NCBI GenBank assembly: GCA_964621195.1
Contig: CAZULJ010000005.1
Location: 11,168-43,833, forward strand
DNA: 32,666 nt
Direction: 5' to 3'
Source: an uncultured Candidatus Saccharibacteria bacterium
GTDB taxonomy: Bacteria; Patescibacteriota; Dojkabacteria; SC72
Shown: positions 32,613 to 32,666 of the stretch, one piece after another
How the letters are laid out: each line of letters begins with the position of its first letter
Numbering within the stretch: position 1 is the first letter of the stretch
Made by a program: the position numbers and the translations under genes
The notes under the pieces: generated by a model
Told to the model about the DNA's origin: nothing
Databases searched by the model: none
Seen by the model: the letters and a program-made list of their open reading frames with translations, nothing else

Positions 32613-32666
32613 TTAGGGTCTCGTGAAGAATAGTACATTATAAATGTGGTAAAATACCTTACAAGA

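Noticed and set aside
1-32666. tRNA, rRNA, CRISPR array, IS or integrase
   Set aside because: The longest intergenic gaps are under about 170 nt. No cloverleaf, spaced repeats, terminal inverted repeats or transposase/integrase motifs were seen.

Overview
This AT-rich window uses the standard genetic code, since TGA acts as a stop at 3499 and 5611. Gene content and order suggest a Patescibacteria/CPR bacterium, possibly Dojkabacteria-like (inference only). Bases 1-21912 (+) are a type IV pilus locus: 5'-truncated pilT, pilC, two paralogous pilins flanking pilD, four minor pilins (FimT/PilV/PilW/PilX-like), a stand-alone receiver protein, then pilMNO, with no pilP/pilQ. In the slot where PilY1 usually sits there is an 11.7-kb array of three two-gene cassettes. 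Each cassette pairs a membrane-anchored protein with a large secreted Cys-rich modular protein. The secreted proteins have variable N-terminal tips, 1/1/7 copies of a ~45-aa Cys repeat and a conserved C-terminal 13-mer. Two of them share an 878-bp tract that looks 100% identical by manual comparison, flanked by synonymously diverged sequence. Bases 21919-27186 (-) carry a small membrane protein translationally coupled to a membrane-anchored Clp-like AAA+ ATPase with degenerate pore loops, then rpmF-nusB-rnc-rpsP-khpA. Next comes dusB (+, probably leaderless). A coupled minus-strand operon follows: GNAT-like protein, ornithine/lysine-type decarboxylase and a multi-TM sensor kinase, a candidate signal-synthesis and sensing module. 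No tRNA, rRNA, CRISPR or mobile element was seen. All alignments and counts were done by eye and no database searches were run.
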